A program made the position numbers and the translations under genes. This document shows, piece by piece, positions 1 through 10,889 of a stretch of 64,000 bases of DNA. The notes below the pieces were generated by a model. That model saw only the letters and a program-made list of their open reading frames with translations, was not told the DNA's origin and ran no database searches. Position 1 is the first letter of the stretch. Each line of letters opens with the position of its first letter. Source of the DNA: Lama guanicoe (lineage: Eukaryota); assembly GCA_013239625.1 (NCBI GenBank), contig MU054391.1, forward strand, positions 2,819,130 through 2,883,129, written 5' to 3'.

Positions 1-419
1 GTAACAAGTCGGTCTTCAGATTTCGTGCACGATGAAGATGGAGGGACTAAGAGTTAACTTACAGGATGAGAGAAATCTACTTTCTTCCCTGTTTCAATCA
101 GGGTTATACGTGCCTGTCAAAATAGTTTGTAAATAATGGAGTTTTCTGCGAGCACAAGCCACATCTTGATTTCATTAGAGACTGGTCACTGAAGTAAATG
201 TTATATATGGAAAATGTGGCAGAGTGTTTGCATTTCTACTTTCTGTATTACAAAACTGGCCCTTTCGGTGATAACACAAATCTAAGAAAATCATGAAAAT
301 AAAAGATTTTGGCTTTTCTCTGAACTGTCTCAAATCTCAAATTAAAGGACCTTAAATTACTCAGAAATAGATTAGCACAGAATAGGACAACAAAACCAAA
401 AATACACTGATGAATCCTC

Positions 420-907
420 CTTCAGACAAATGCTTTTTTTTTTGAGTCGCATTTCTGAAGGGCGTCGCGCTCACAAAGAGATACTCGGGATCTTCACATG
501 TGTGCGGGGAAGTGTCAGAAGCAATTTTAGTGAAATTCTATGGGTCCAGGGGCAATAAAGAAATTGCACTTGGTAATGACATCTCCATGTGCTTTTATCT
601 TAATCTCCTCAATTTACTGGGGAGCAAACTTTACCAGGTGGTTGGTTCTTCCTGTTGTTAATAGAAATAGTAAGATTTTACCAGGTGTATTTATGTCAAC
701 GGTAGTTGACAAATAATGAACATTGTCACCAAGTAAGATGTTTCCCTGAAATAAATATATATAGATATTCGGTACGTTTAGAAATACATACGTGTGTATG
801 TGTACACATATTCCGACACACACGTGAAAAGTGCTAATCGCCTGCTTTTAGGCCCTCCTGGGAGAGTGGTCACAGCAGAGCTGACTCTGGGGCTTTGTTC
901 CCACATT
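420..907. repeat. Left arm of a long imperfect inverted repeat (pairs with 1929-2435)
   Basis: Reverse complement of 544-752 aligns ungapped to 2102-2310 (i+j=2854) with 19 mismatches in 209 nt by hand count. Similarity continues with indels to about 420/2435 and 907/1929. ORFs 614-823(-) and 2049-2240(+) share GDNVHYLSTTVDINTPGK. Confidence 0.97.
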
Positions 908-929
908 GAGCTGAGCTGAGCTGAGCTGA
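907..929 (+). repeat. (TGAGC)4 pentamer tandem
   Basis: tgagctgagctgagctgagctga read directly. Confidence 0.9.
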
Positions 930-1139
930 AGGTTGAGGTGTAAAAACACAACACTTCTGTCTGAATTGCTCTCAAAAACCAGCTTGATTTTTGTCTGGAT
1001 GTCTCAAATGATGACCCTGGTTTAGCACCAAATCTTGGCTGTCTATTATTTACTAGCTGCAAAAGCCGTATAGATCTGTCCTTGCAGCTTCATTTTTGAA
1101 AATCAGGTCTGGATGCCCGTGAAGACAGTGATGTGCACA

Positions 1140-1780
1140 AGCGGAAACCCCCTGACGGACGCAGCGGACTCACAGCAGGCGCGGACTCTGCCGTGGCGAA
1201 GCCCTAGCGGGCGTGGTTGTTCTAGCTCCTGGGACTTAAACACACCCTGTCCTCAGGCCCTGCTTCTTCTCACTATGGTGGTGACGTCTTGAGAAAAAGA
1301 ATTAAGTACAATAATTATGGCTCAGCTGCCATGGTTACTGCAGTCACTGTGACACAAATTTGTCACTTAGAAGAGGGAGGGCACACGTAGACATCTTCAG
1401 ATGGAGGAGGGAGACTTCCTGGTGCTCCGGGGACAGCTGTGAGCCGCGCACTGGTGTTTCAGGGACAGTCAGCCACAGCGGGACGTGATTTCCAGGAGCA
1501 GACTCACACACGTTTGCACAACTCCGGGCCTCGAGGCCTTCAGCTCGCCCTCAGCCCTGAGCACAGAGACTCACTCCGAAAGTCTCGTCTCACGGGAGTC
1601 CCTTCTGCGGCTTTGCTAAGCACGTGACTGCATTGCTAAGTGAGTTCGCTCAAAAGCTGCGCTGGCCGTGCGATGTGATGGCTGCACGGCTGCCTATAAA
1701 CGCCCCCCAGAGCAGAGCACGCGTGCCTCGGGCCGAGGGGGACAGAGCCAGCTGGACGTGCTCCAAAAATAGTCACCCAG
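1140..1780. promoter_or_regulatory. CpG-enriched spacer of the inverted repeat with promoter/enhancer-like motifs
   Basis: Many CpGs; TATAAA 1695-1700; MEF2-like CCAAAAATAG 1763-1772; several CACGTG/CAGCTG E-boxes. Motif evidence only. Confidence 0.35.
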
Positions 1781-1928
1781 GTCCCTCCTGCAGGATGAAT
1801 GATAGATAATAAAGGAGTTAGGAAGTAAGTAAAGAAATAAATAAGAGGAGGCGAGAAGTTGGAAGAACAAGGGAGGGGCCACATGGGGAAACAGAGGGTG
1901 TTCACCGTCACCAGCTGGAAACACTCGG

Positions 1929-2435
1929 AATGAGGGAGCAGAGCCCCAGGTCAGCTCTGCTTTGCTGTGGCTACTGTTCCAGGAGGGCCTAACCGCAGGC
2001 GATTAGCACTTTTCACATGTGTGTATCTGAATATGTGCACACGCATACATGTATATATTTCTACACTTACTGAGTATATGTGTGCGTGTGTGTATGTATT
2101 CATTTCAGGGAAACATCTTATTTGGTGACAATGTTCATTATTTGTCAACTACAGTTGACATAAATACACCTGGTAAGAGTTTACTATTTCTATTAATAGC
2201 AGGAAGAACCAGCCATCTGGTAAATTTTGCTCCCCTGTAAGTTAAGGAGATTAAGATAAAAGCACATGGGTATTTCATTACCAAGTGCACTTTCTGTATT
2301 GCCCTTGGACAAGCGGCACGTCACTGAAATTATTTACGACACTTTCTGGCACGTGTGTGAAGACAGCATGCATCTCTTTGTGAGCAAGATGGTGCTTCAG
2401 AAAGGTAAGATCTCTCTGTGTCATTTGTCACGGAA
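1929..2435. repeat. Right arm of the long imperfect inverted repeat (pairs with 420-907)
   Basis: For example, gcaggcgattagcacttttcac (~1995-2016) is the reverse complement of gtgaaaagtgctaatcgcctgc (~824-845); see left arm. Confidence 0.97.
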
Positions 2436-3947
2436 AAAGTATTGTGTTGGAAGACTGGAGCAATCACCTCTAATTCAAGCCTGCAAATTTAAAAATGGGT
2501 CTTGGGGTAAATCCCACTGCAGAACTTAAAAGAATCTTCCTGTTATTTCGATTTTAGTGATCCCAGAGAACAGCTCTCATTAGGAGACTTCAATTCAGAG
2601 CAATCATCCTCATCGTGAAAAACAATTACAACTCCAAAAACAGATCGCAAAGGGTCCCTGTTCACTGCGGAGCGGGGCGCTGACCTGGCTCTCCAGACCA
2701 TCACCCAGGCAGCTCTGCAGAGACCCTCTCTTTCCCAGAGTTTACTCCTGATTCTGGGAAATGTTCGCGCAAAGACTTTCTTTACATCTGGAGTCAGAGA
2801 GTGTGGGGGTCGTGGTGAGGGCTAACGGTGATCTCCCTTTTGCCACAGAAAAAGTCTGTTTTCAAGGAAGGAAATGATGAGTCGAGTCAGAGGCAAATTC
2901 TCCACGAAGGGTGGTGGGGAGGCATTGAGCAACCAGGTGGCAGGAAGCGGCATGAACTCAGCTGAGGTCAGGAATCAGTGAGGTGCCCTGCCACTCCATC
3001 CACAAGGTGAGATGGTAGGTTTGGTTTCTACAACAATCCTTCTCCGCAGTGCAGCCACCTGCCGCAGCATCTCATCCTTTCCAGCTGGCGTCGCCCGGAC
3101 TTCTCCAGCAAGCCCTGCGGAGTCAGTGTGTGTGTGCTGTGCATGTGTGTGGGTCATGTTGGGGGTCGGGGGGAAGAGAGTGTGAAAGTGACCTTACCCA
3201 AGGCCCTACTGGATGACACGCGTCAGGGGAGACAGACACCGGAGCCTTCCCCTTGGAGAAAGTGTCATAAGACTCCTGGAAACCTCGATGGGAAATGTAC
3301 AAGAATGAGTTCAGGTTTCCTCTGGAGTCAAAAAGAAGGCGCCTGAACATAATAACAGAAACCAGAGTACCCATCAGACGGGACAAAGGAGGCAGCAGAG
3401 GCCCTGGGTGGTGTGGCCAGAGCGGGTGGCAGGCGCCCCTGCAGTGAGGAGCGGACTGTACAATGTACATGGGAACATCCCAGGCCAGGCAGGAGCAGAG
3501 AGTTTCCTGGGGCGCCGGGCTGTCAGGGGCCGTCTGCCCGGTGTCCCCGAGCCTCCTGCAGCAGCCCTGCCGTCCGATAGCCGGGCCCGGTGAATCCCCA
3601 GTACTGTTATCTAATGGCAGTCTTTCCTAAATTCTCAGGAAAAGTCAGGCTTCTTTTGGTAAAGAATTTTAAGTTTTCCTTTGCACTGATTTTTCTCACA
3701 GTGCAATGCTTGCTACCACCTGCATAAAACAGCATATGCTGCGTGAGGTGCATCTGATCTCCTGTGGAAAAGCTGCCTAGCCGTGGTGGATCAAAATTCC
3801 TGCTGCTGAGACAAGATGCCAGTTGGGGGGCACCGGTGGGGTCCCCGCGGGTGCAATGTGTGCCCTTTGTTAAAATTCAGTGGTATGTGGTAGCATTTGT
3901 GTCCTTTCCTATAATGCATGTTATACTTGAATTGAAAGTTAAAAACA

Positions 3948-4078
3948 GGGAGAAGGGGATAACTTGAGTGGTAGAGTGCATGCTTAGCATGCCCCAGGTC
4001 CTGGGTTCAATCCCCAGTACCTCCTCTAATAATAAATAAATCGAATTACCTCCCCCCAGCCGCACAAAAATTAAAATA
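3948..4078 (+). mobile_element. Camelid tRNA-derived SINE (vic-1-like)
   Basis: tRNA-like head agtggtagagtgcatgcttagcatg...gtcctgggttcaatccccagtacctcc with A and B boxes, then taaataaat...acctcccccc and an A-rich tail. Confidence 0.85.
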
Positions 4079-7000
4079 TTTAAGTAATATAATAACAAAT
4101 AAACACAATTGGAAAAACAACAGCTCTCGTGCTACACAAATCGCATCCTGACGACCCTCCAGGTTTGCCCCGTGCTCCCCACGGCGGCTTCTCAGGAAAC
4201 CTGCAAGAAAAGCCAGTCTACTCACAAGGCAGGAATATAATCTAAGTATCAAAACCGGGTTTTATGTGAATCTGAATTCATCAAAAATAATTCCAAAATA
4301 TGTAAAAAAAAAAACCAACCCTTTATTATCAAAACTTTCAATTCATTGAGATTTTAGTGAACACAGAGGATCACAGAGGTCTGGGATTGGTCTCAAATTT
4401 CTAAAACACAAGCTCCAGTGTTTTTTATTTATTTGTGAAGGGGGAATTCAAGTATTCTCTGGAGGTGGTCTTTAAGAAGTAATACTGTCAGAAACAACAC
4501 AGAAATGATGACCAAAGACCAGCCACAAAAACCAGAAATATTATATCTTGCTCTCTGATTGATCATTCATTTGTAGCAGCCTTTAAAATAAACTTGTTTA
4601 TTTCAAACTGTAGGAAATAGGCAGAAAATACCCAAAATATAATCACACAATGAGTGAAAGATCAGCCTTAGCTACAGAAAGACGTAATTAAAAAGTATTT
4701 TTGTGGTTTTGCAAATACAGGATTATTCTAATACTGATATTTCTGGGTTATTTCATTTCTTTGAGCAAAGCCAAACTTTGGCAAGAAAAAAACGTAATGT
4801 AATTAGAGTTTATTATAAATTATATTTGATAACAATCTTCCTCAAGTCCTTGGCATTGATGGTTGTGCTTAAATATATTTATATTTTAAATGGCATCTCT
4901 GTAGTATGCAGAAAGGAAACGTTTAATTTCCCCTTCTCCCTCTTTTCTATCTCCTCATTATTTATTTATTCATCTATTCATTTATCCTTTGGGGGTAGAG
5001 AAACCAGTCATGTATTTTTTTAATCAAAATATATTCATTAAACCTTATTCCACCTGCCCAGAAGATCCAAACTGCAGACAAAAAAAGCTTGTGAAACATC
5101 GCTCAGGATTCGTAGGCTGATTGGCTGCATGAGCTCATTCTCCTCCGCATCGCTGGCATCAGAGGTCCCCTGCACCCAGGGGGACCCAGGGAGCTGGGTC
5201 GGAGGATTTCATTGCGTCTACTGCTTCTGAACGCTCATGTGCTTGTTGACTGGGATGGAAACAAAGGACGCAATGGGAAGAAGAAGGTTTAAGGTGTCCT
5301 TGTCACCAAGGCTGGCAGGTGTAGACAAACTGTCTTGGGCATGAAATACTTTGTGAAGCAGCCTCATCAGCTCAGTAGGTACAACTCAAGACTTAGCGTC
5401 AGTCTTTCCGGGTCCCGGTTAATCACAAAGCAAACTGTGTCACTTCAAAATGTATCTGTTGCTTCTGAAGGGTTCTCATGGGCTTAGAGCCAAGATCCAA
5501 TCCTGACCCTGCTACTCGCCAACAGGTTCCCTCTAACCGTGAGCGTCAGCAAACCTGGGCCAGTGGAGGAGGAGCTGGGAGAGCAGGCCTCCTGCCTGGG
5601 CAAGACAGTCGGCTGGGACATTTGTGACATCTGTGACAGTGTGACTGTTTATGACTTGCTTTTGTTTACAGAGCAAGGAAGGAGTCTCTTAGCCATGGAA
5701 GCAACTTAAAAGAAAAGGTACCCCCCGGGAGCATTTAATATTACCCCAATCACTTATAATGTCTCTTTAATTGTTTCATTTCAGAAAACGATTGTGAAGG
5801 CAAACAGAACAAAGTTTCTCTTATCAATTATTTTCTGGAAAAAAAAAGTGTTCTTAAGGTCACTGCATAAAAGGAAAGAGGTTAGCCAAAAATAAAATAA
5901 TCTTTAAATGACAGTGAAAGCACAGGAAAATGAGACATATGCACACCTCATTTCTGAAAGATGATACGACTATAGTCAGTTTTATCAAAAGCTTCATTTT
6001 TCAAAAGAGTGGAGATCAATGTATGTCTGAGATAAACCACAGAAGATTGGAAAATAGGGCAAATTGCGGTGAAAAATCTGGTATTCATTAAATTTGTTCA
6101 ACAAAAATTCATATTTTTTTAAAGAAAGGAAAATTAAAGGCAATGGAAAGGAGAGAAGTTTCTAGCAATTGTCTCTGGGCATTCAGCTACAATCTGAATA
6201 ACAGAGGTTACATGTGTATAAACTAAACATGAGTTACAACATGTAAAGACCCAGGCTTCTTAGGGTTCTGGAAGAAGGGCTACAGAAATCATAGAAGTAA
6301 TTATAAAGGATTATAATTTTGTCATAAGCCCTGGTAAAGGGAAACATGATTTAAATCAATCGACAAGAAACTGGAAATTCATCCAAAATTAAATTCTAAA
6401 AACTCCTGGCCAGAACGGAAATGTTGTTATCTATGTCGTTTAGGACCCCACACCTTCTGTTATTATTTCAAAAAACAAAGCAAAACAAGAATCACAATAA
6501 TAAAACAGATTTGTATTTAGTGCCCACCATGGAAAACAACTGCGGAGGGAGAGAAGAAGCAGCTGATGCCATGCAAGCCCTCGGGGCCACTTCACGTGGC
6601 GAAGAAAGCCAACGAAGCTGTGAATAACGCTCAGGCAACCCAAGTGTCTCCAAAAACCCCACCGTGTGAGGATCCTCGCTAAGGTCATTTGAAGAGTTTA
6701 CGTGTAGGTACCTTGGCTCGCCCCTCATCTGCCAAATTACAGAACTGCTGCTCTTCCTTCCTAGTTCTTGAGATGCTGCGGGAGCCCCCAAAGATGAGGC
6801 TGTCTTATATCCAAGTGGCAGCTGTCACACCTGTCCTTGCTTTTCCTGCATCTTGTCTGATGCAGATGTAGCTGGTACACTCCCAATGGCCCGCCGGCTC
6901 TCAGCCTCACATGCTCACCTGGGGCTCTCATCCACTCCTGACTTCCAGCTCAGCCTCTCTGTGCGCTGTAGGGAGCACCCTCCCTGGCTCAAGTCCTGGT

Positions 7001-8554
7001 CTGTAAAGGAGGATGAGGAAGGAACGATCCCAAGGGGCATTGCTTGGGCCCTCAGGGTGGTGCTTCCTCCAGTTTGCTGCCTGTCTCTCCCGGTCCTGGT
7101 TTATAGGTGCCCCAGGCAGGCTGAGATGGAGAGAATCCAAGTATCAGGCATCGCTCTACCCTGGAGCTCCATTTCCACTCTTCCGGGACCCCTTGCTTAG
7201 TATCGACATGGACTACATTCCATCCATGCTCAGGGTTGGGTAGACGTCACTAGCTCTCTCTCCAAAGGATCCTGTTGTCTCTGTCAGAATCCAGTTTCCA
7301 TTGCCGGCTCCCTCCCACGGCTCCAGCCCTGGCGCTGCATCTCAGTCGGAGGGCACAGTTCAGCTTCTCTTCCCGGGTCCCTGCGTGCCACTCAGAAATA
7401 ACAAAATATGACTTGTCGACAACGTCTAACTCCACAGCGCGTGATACCTGAGTCCCATCACAACGCAGCTGGAGGGTACATGCTTCCGTAAAGAGAATGG
7501 TCTGCTGCTTTCGGTTCATTTCTCTCTGGAAAGATCATTCTCTTTCACTGAGCTGCACTAGGTTCGCTTGCAGCACAGTGACAGGCTGTCCCTAAGCAAG
7601 CAGATCTGTGGAATTAGTTCTGGTCATTGGTGGGGCGAGACTGTATCTTCTACCACCCAGACAAGCACACGTTCAGTAAGTCCTATAACAGAGGAGCCAG
7701 CAAAAGGAATGACATGATGTGCTCTGACTACAGGGAACAAAATACTCCTTATGGTAGAAATGTCATTCAGCCTAAAGCTTGAAACAGAGGGATTTATGAT
7801 GGGCAGAAAATGATACTATATTCTGTGCTGAGAACACAGCTTAGAAAAACAAAAAAAGCACAGAGACCTGAAAGCAATTGCTGTGCTTGGAAAATTGGCA
7901 AGCAGTTCACCATTGCTAAAATATAATGTGTTTAACTGGGGATGCTGGAAATGCTGGTGGAAGAGGATTTTAGAAGTTTTCCATGTCCTGATAAGGAGTT
8001 TGAAGCTTCTTTCAGAAAGTGAGTTGATGACATGATATAACCTGTGCCAAATTACGTTGATGTGTTTTGCATGATACTAATTGACTTTGATACAGTTCTT
8101 CACACCCTGAGGGAGATTTACATGACCAGTCAATCAGGAACAGCCCTGCAGTCTTGACAACAGCCTTGGGCTAATGAGCACACATGTTCTTGCTGCAGAG
8201 GCCCCCGTCAGTGCCATCCTGTCCAAGGGGGAGCACTGGCATGCCATTTTGTCATTAATGTTGGATTCTGGAAACATTTCTGACGGACAGTGATTGATCG
8301 ATGTTGGGCAAGGAACAGAGATGGAAGGCTCTAAAGACACCATGGAGGGCTCTCCTTATGTGTTAAAATGTATGTTTAAAAATAACTCAAATTCCCTTCA
8401 AGGAAATTACCAAGTCAAAAGAAGGTAGAGAGCGCTACTTGGTGGGAACATGGGAAAACCTTCTGACACCATACAAATCTTCATGCACGACTCCGCATCG
8501 CCGGTGCTCAAACGTGTAAGACAGTGAATCCTTGCCAGGCACTGGCATGTTCTT

Positions 8555-8920
8555 TACTATGGACCGAATGTTTATGTCCCTTCAAAATTCCTGTATTGAA
8601 GCCTAAGTCCCCGAAGTAATGATATTTGGCAGGAGGACCTTTGGTAGGTGCTTAGGCCATGAGGGTGGAGATCCCATGAATAGGATTTGTGCTCTGATAA
8701 GAAGAGACATCAGAGAGCCAACTTCTTCTACTCTCCACCCTGTGAGGACACAGCAAGAGGATGGTCCCCCGCAATCCAGGAAGCAGGTCCTCATCAGGTA
8801 CTGGGTCTGATGGCACCTTGATGCTGAACTTTCCAGCCTCCAGAACTGAGAAATAAATGTTTGATGTGTACACCATCCAGTCTACAGTATTTTATTACAG
8901 CAGCTCAGCTGGATGAAGCA
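8555..8920 (+). mobile_element. MaLR solo LTR, MLT1A-type
   Basis: Starts tactatggaccgaatgtttatgtccc; contains ttccagcctccagaactgagaaataaatgtt and ccagtctacagtattttattacagcagc. Confidence 0.85.
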
Positions 8921-8984
8921 ATACCCAAACCAGCAGTATCAGCTTGGGTATCTGGTCCATTTAGTCAACATCACTTGGCATGGT

Positions 8985-9379
8985 AGTCAGCACAACCATC
9001 CACCAAATCCTCTCAGAATGCCTCCTTCCTGGAAAAAAAGTATACTTCTCCACCCTTTTGACATTAAGTGGAAATATGACCTGCTTTGGCCAGAAAAATA
9101 TGAGCAAAAGAGAGCTGTTTCACTTTCAAAGAGAAGAGTTAAGAGTCAGTGTGCATCCATCATATCTCTGTCCCACAGATGGAGTGATCTGTGTGGCATG
9201 TGTGGAGAGGGAACCTCCTTTATCCAAGGCCCCAGAGTGACTGAGATGAGCAGAACCCAAATGCTGACCCACATTAAATGTATCTTGTGAGCCAGAAAAC
9301 AAATCTTGTGTTGTTCTAAGCAATGAAAGATTCAGACTGTTTGTTACTGCAGCACAACTTAGCTTATGCTGACTGATAC
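8985..9379 (+). mobile_element. Old MaLR solo LTR (MLT1I/J-like)
   Basis: atatgacctgctttggccag near the 5' end; 3' end tgtttgttactgcagcacaacttagcttatgctgactgataca. Confidence 0.7.
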
Positions 9380-9479
9380 ACAGGGCCAGTTTTCTCATCA
9401 GCTGTGTATTACATAGGGAAATGTTCCATTTCAGGAAAACTGAGAGTAGAATGAATTTGTCAAGTCATAAGATTATTTT

Positions 9480-9566
9480 GAAAGACCTTAGTGGTCTGTC
9501 ATTGAAAAAATTGAAATTAAAAAAAAAATAGGGGCTTTGTATGAACTAAACCAAAGAGTTAGCAAT

Positions 9567-9617
<51 letters not shown>

Positions 9618-9920
9618 TTGGTGAACAGTTAAGACTGAAGACTAAAGTTGACACACTGAACAGACAGAAATACTGAAGGAAGGTAGGCAGCTTTTCTTTT
9701 ATTTTAAAGTGAAGGCTTAGAAACATATGGAAGAGGTTACCAGACAATGCCGTTGAGGGCAACAGTATAAATGAATTCAATAAGCACTTGGATCTTTTTC
9801 CTGGAAGAGGAAAGGATTAAAGGGCGGAGTGAAAATGCAGGAAGGCAGGGTTGAACTAAAACAGAGAGTCCGGAATGATGGACCAGATGGTCTTTTCCTC
9901 CTGCTAGAACTTCTTACAGA
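9480..9920 (+). mobile_element. Ancient CR1-clade LINE 3' end (ORF2 C-terminus plus 3' UTR)
   Basis: From 9722 translates NIWKRLPDNAVEGNSINEFNKHLDLF, then (1-nt shift) LEEERIKG, matching the CR1 ORF2 terminal motif WNxLPxxVVEAxSxxxFKxxLD. Followed by CR1-type 3' UTR gatggaccagatggtcttttcct. Confidence 0.75.
9565..9619. repeat. (ATTT)n microsatellite, about 13 units
   Basis: Perfect tetranucleotide run, lying inside the CR1 relic. Confidence 0.97.
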
Positions 9921-10559
9921 GTATTTCTGACATGCCTACATTATAAACCACAATGCAGATAGAGTGTTTTTAGAAAAGGCCCATATTCCATTCCTGAACT
10001 TGAACATCTCACAAGTAAATCATTTTCAGATGTTTCCAAATTAGGAACATCTATGGTTAAAAGGAAGGTTGGCTTTGCTCTCTGAAGTGTGTTTGATCTT
10101 TTCTACTTTATCAATTAACTGTCCGTGTTTTTGCTTCCTCATTGCTTTGTTAGATAATCCATACGAAGTAAATGAACCCATGTCTGTGTGGAGACATGTT
10201 ATGTCCCAATGATCTCCCTGACAGCCCGCTCGACCAGCTCTGAGCTGCTGGTACTTGTTGTCTGAAGAGGAGGTGAGGAGTGCTAACCAGAAAGACTAAG
10301 TTAGGAGTGTGCCGAGTGCTCCTTCCTACCAGAGACCAAGTCATTGTGGGTATTCTGTACACGCGCCGAGGAATATAAATACAGGTTGCAAAATTAGAGA
10401 AATATTTTGAATGGGGTAAATAGAAAATTCTTTCAAGTCGCAGCTTGAAAGTAGACGAGTTTTTTAGAGCTTTTTTCATCTGCATGTTTCTGTGCGTAGA
10501 CAAGGGAATGGACGCGGTACCTGCCCTCTGAGCCTCAGGGAGGCTAACACCATCCGTAG

Positions 10560-10725
10560 GCTTTCCTCAGCTTTAATTCTCTCAACAAGCCTACGAGCTT
10601 GACGTTACTTTCCACTGTTGGAAAAGGAGGAAAATTACTCTCAGAGAGGTTAAGTAAGAGCCTTAATTCCCACAGTAAGTAAGTGACTGAGACAGAAGTG
10701 GAACCAGACTGGACCCCAGAGCCAA
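10560..10725 (-). mobile_element. MIR SINE fragment
   Basis: Antisense MIR core: ctcagagaggttaagtaa, ttaattctctcaacaagcct. Confidence 0.65.
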
Positions 10726-10889
10726 CCCCCCATCCATCACTGGATGCTTCTTCTTTTGAGAGAAAAGGAACAAAGACCCTCTGGGCGTTGGGCTAAAAAC
10801 CAGAGCCAGGCTTGTGTGTGGGCTGCACCAGGGGAGGAGCCAGGGCTCTGATGAAGTGATCATCTAAATGTGTGTGTGCGTGTGGGTGT

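Noticed and set aside
614..2240. Near-identical ORFs 614-823(-) and 2049-2240(+) as a duplicated gene pair
   Set aside because: The similarity comes from the DNA inverted repeat. The N-termini lie in TG/TA-rich low-complexity sequence and I recognise no protein family.
420..2435. Inverted repeat as TIRs of a DNA transposon, or as the ADARB1 self-editing duplex
   Set aside because: No sharp termini, TSD or transposase remnant, and identity is highest internally. No ADAR2 coding exon follows the right arm.
2930..2943. CTCF-like motif CAACCAGGTGGCAG
   Set aside because: One mismatch at a core position; a single short motif cannot be supported without ChIP or conservation data.
3681..3720. TTGCACTG...CAGTGCAA hairpin with a miR-130/301-like start
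   Set aside because: Only an 8-bp stem; the rest does not match the mature miRNA or form a pre-miRNA.
3955..4025. tRNA gene
   Set aside because: It is a SINE head with SINE body and A-rich tail; no proper acceptor stem.
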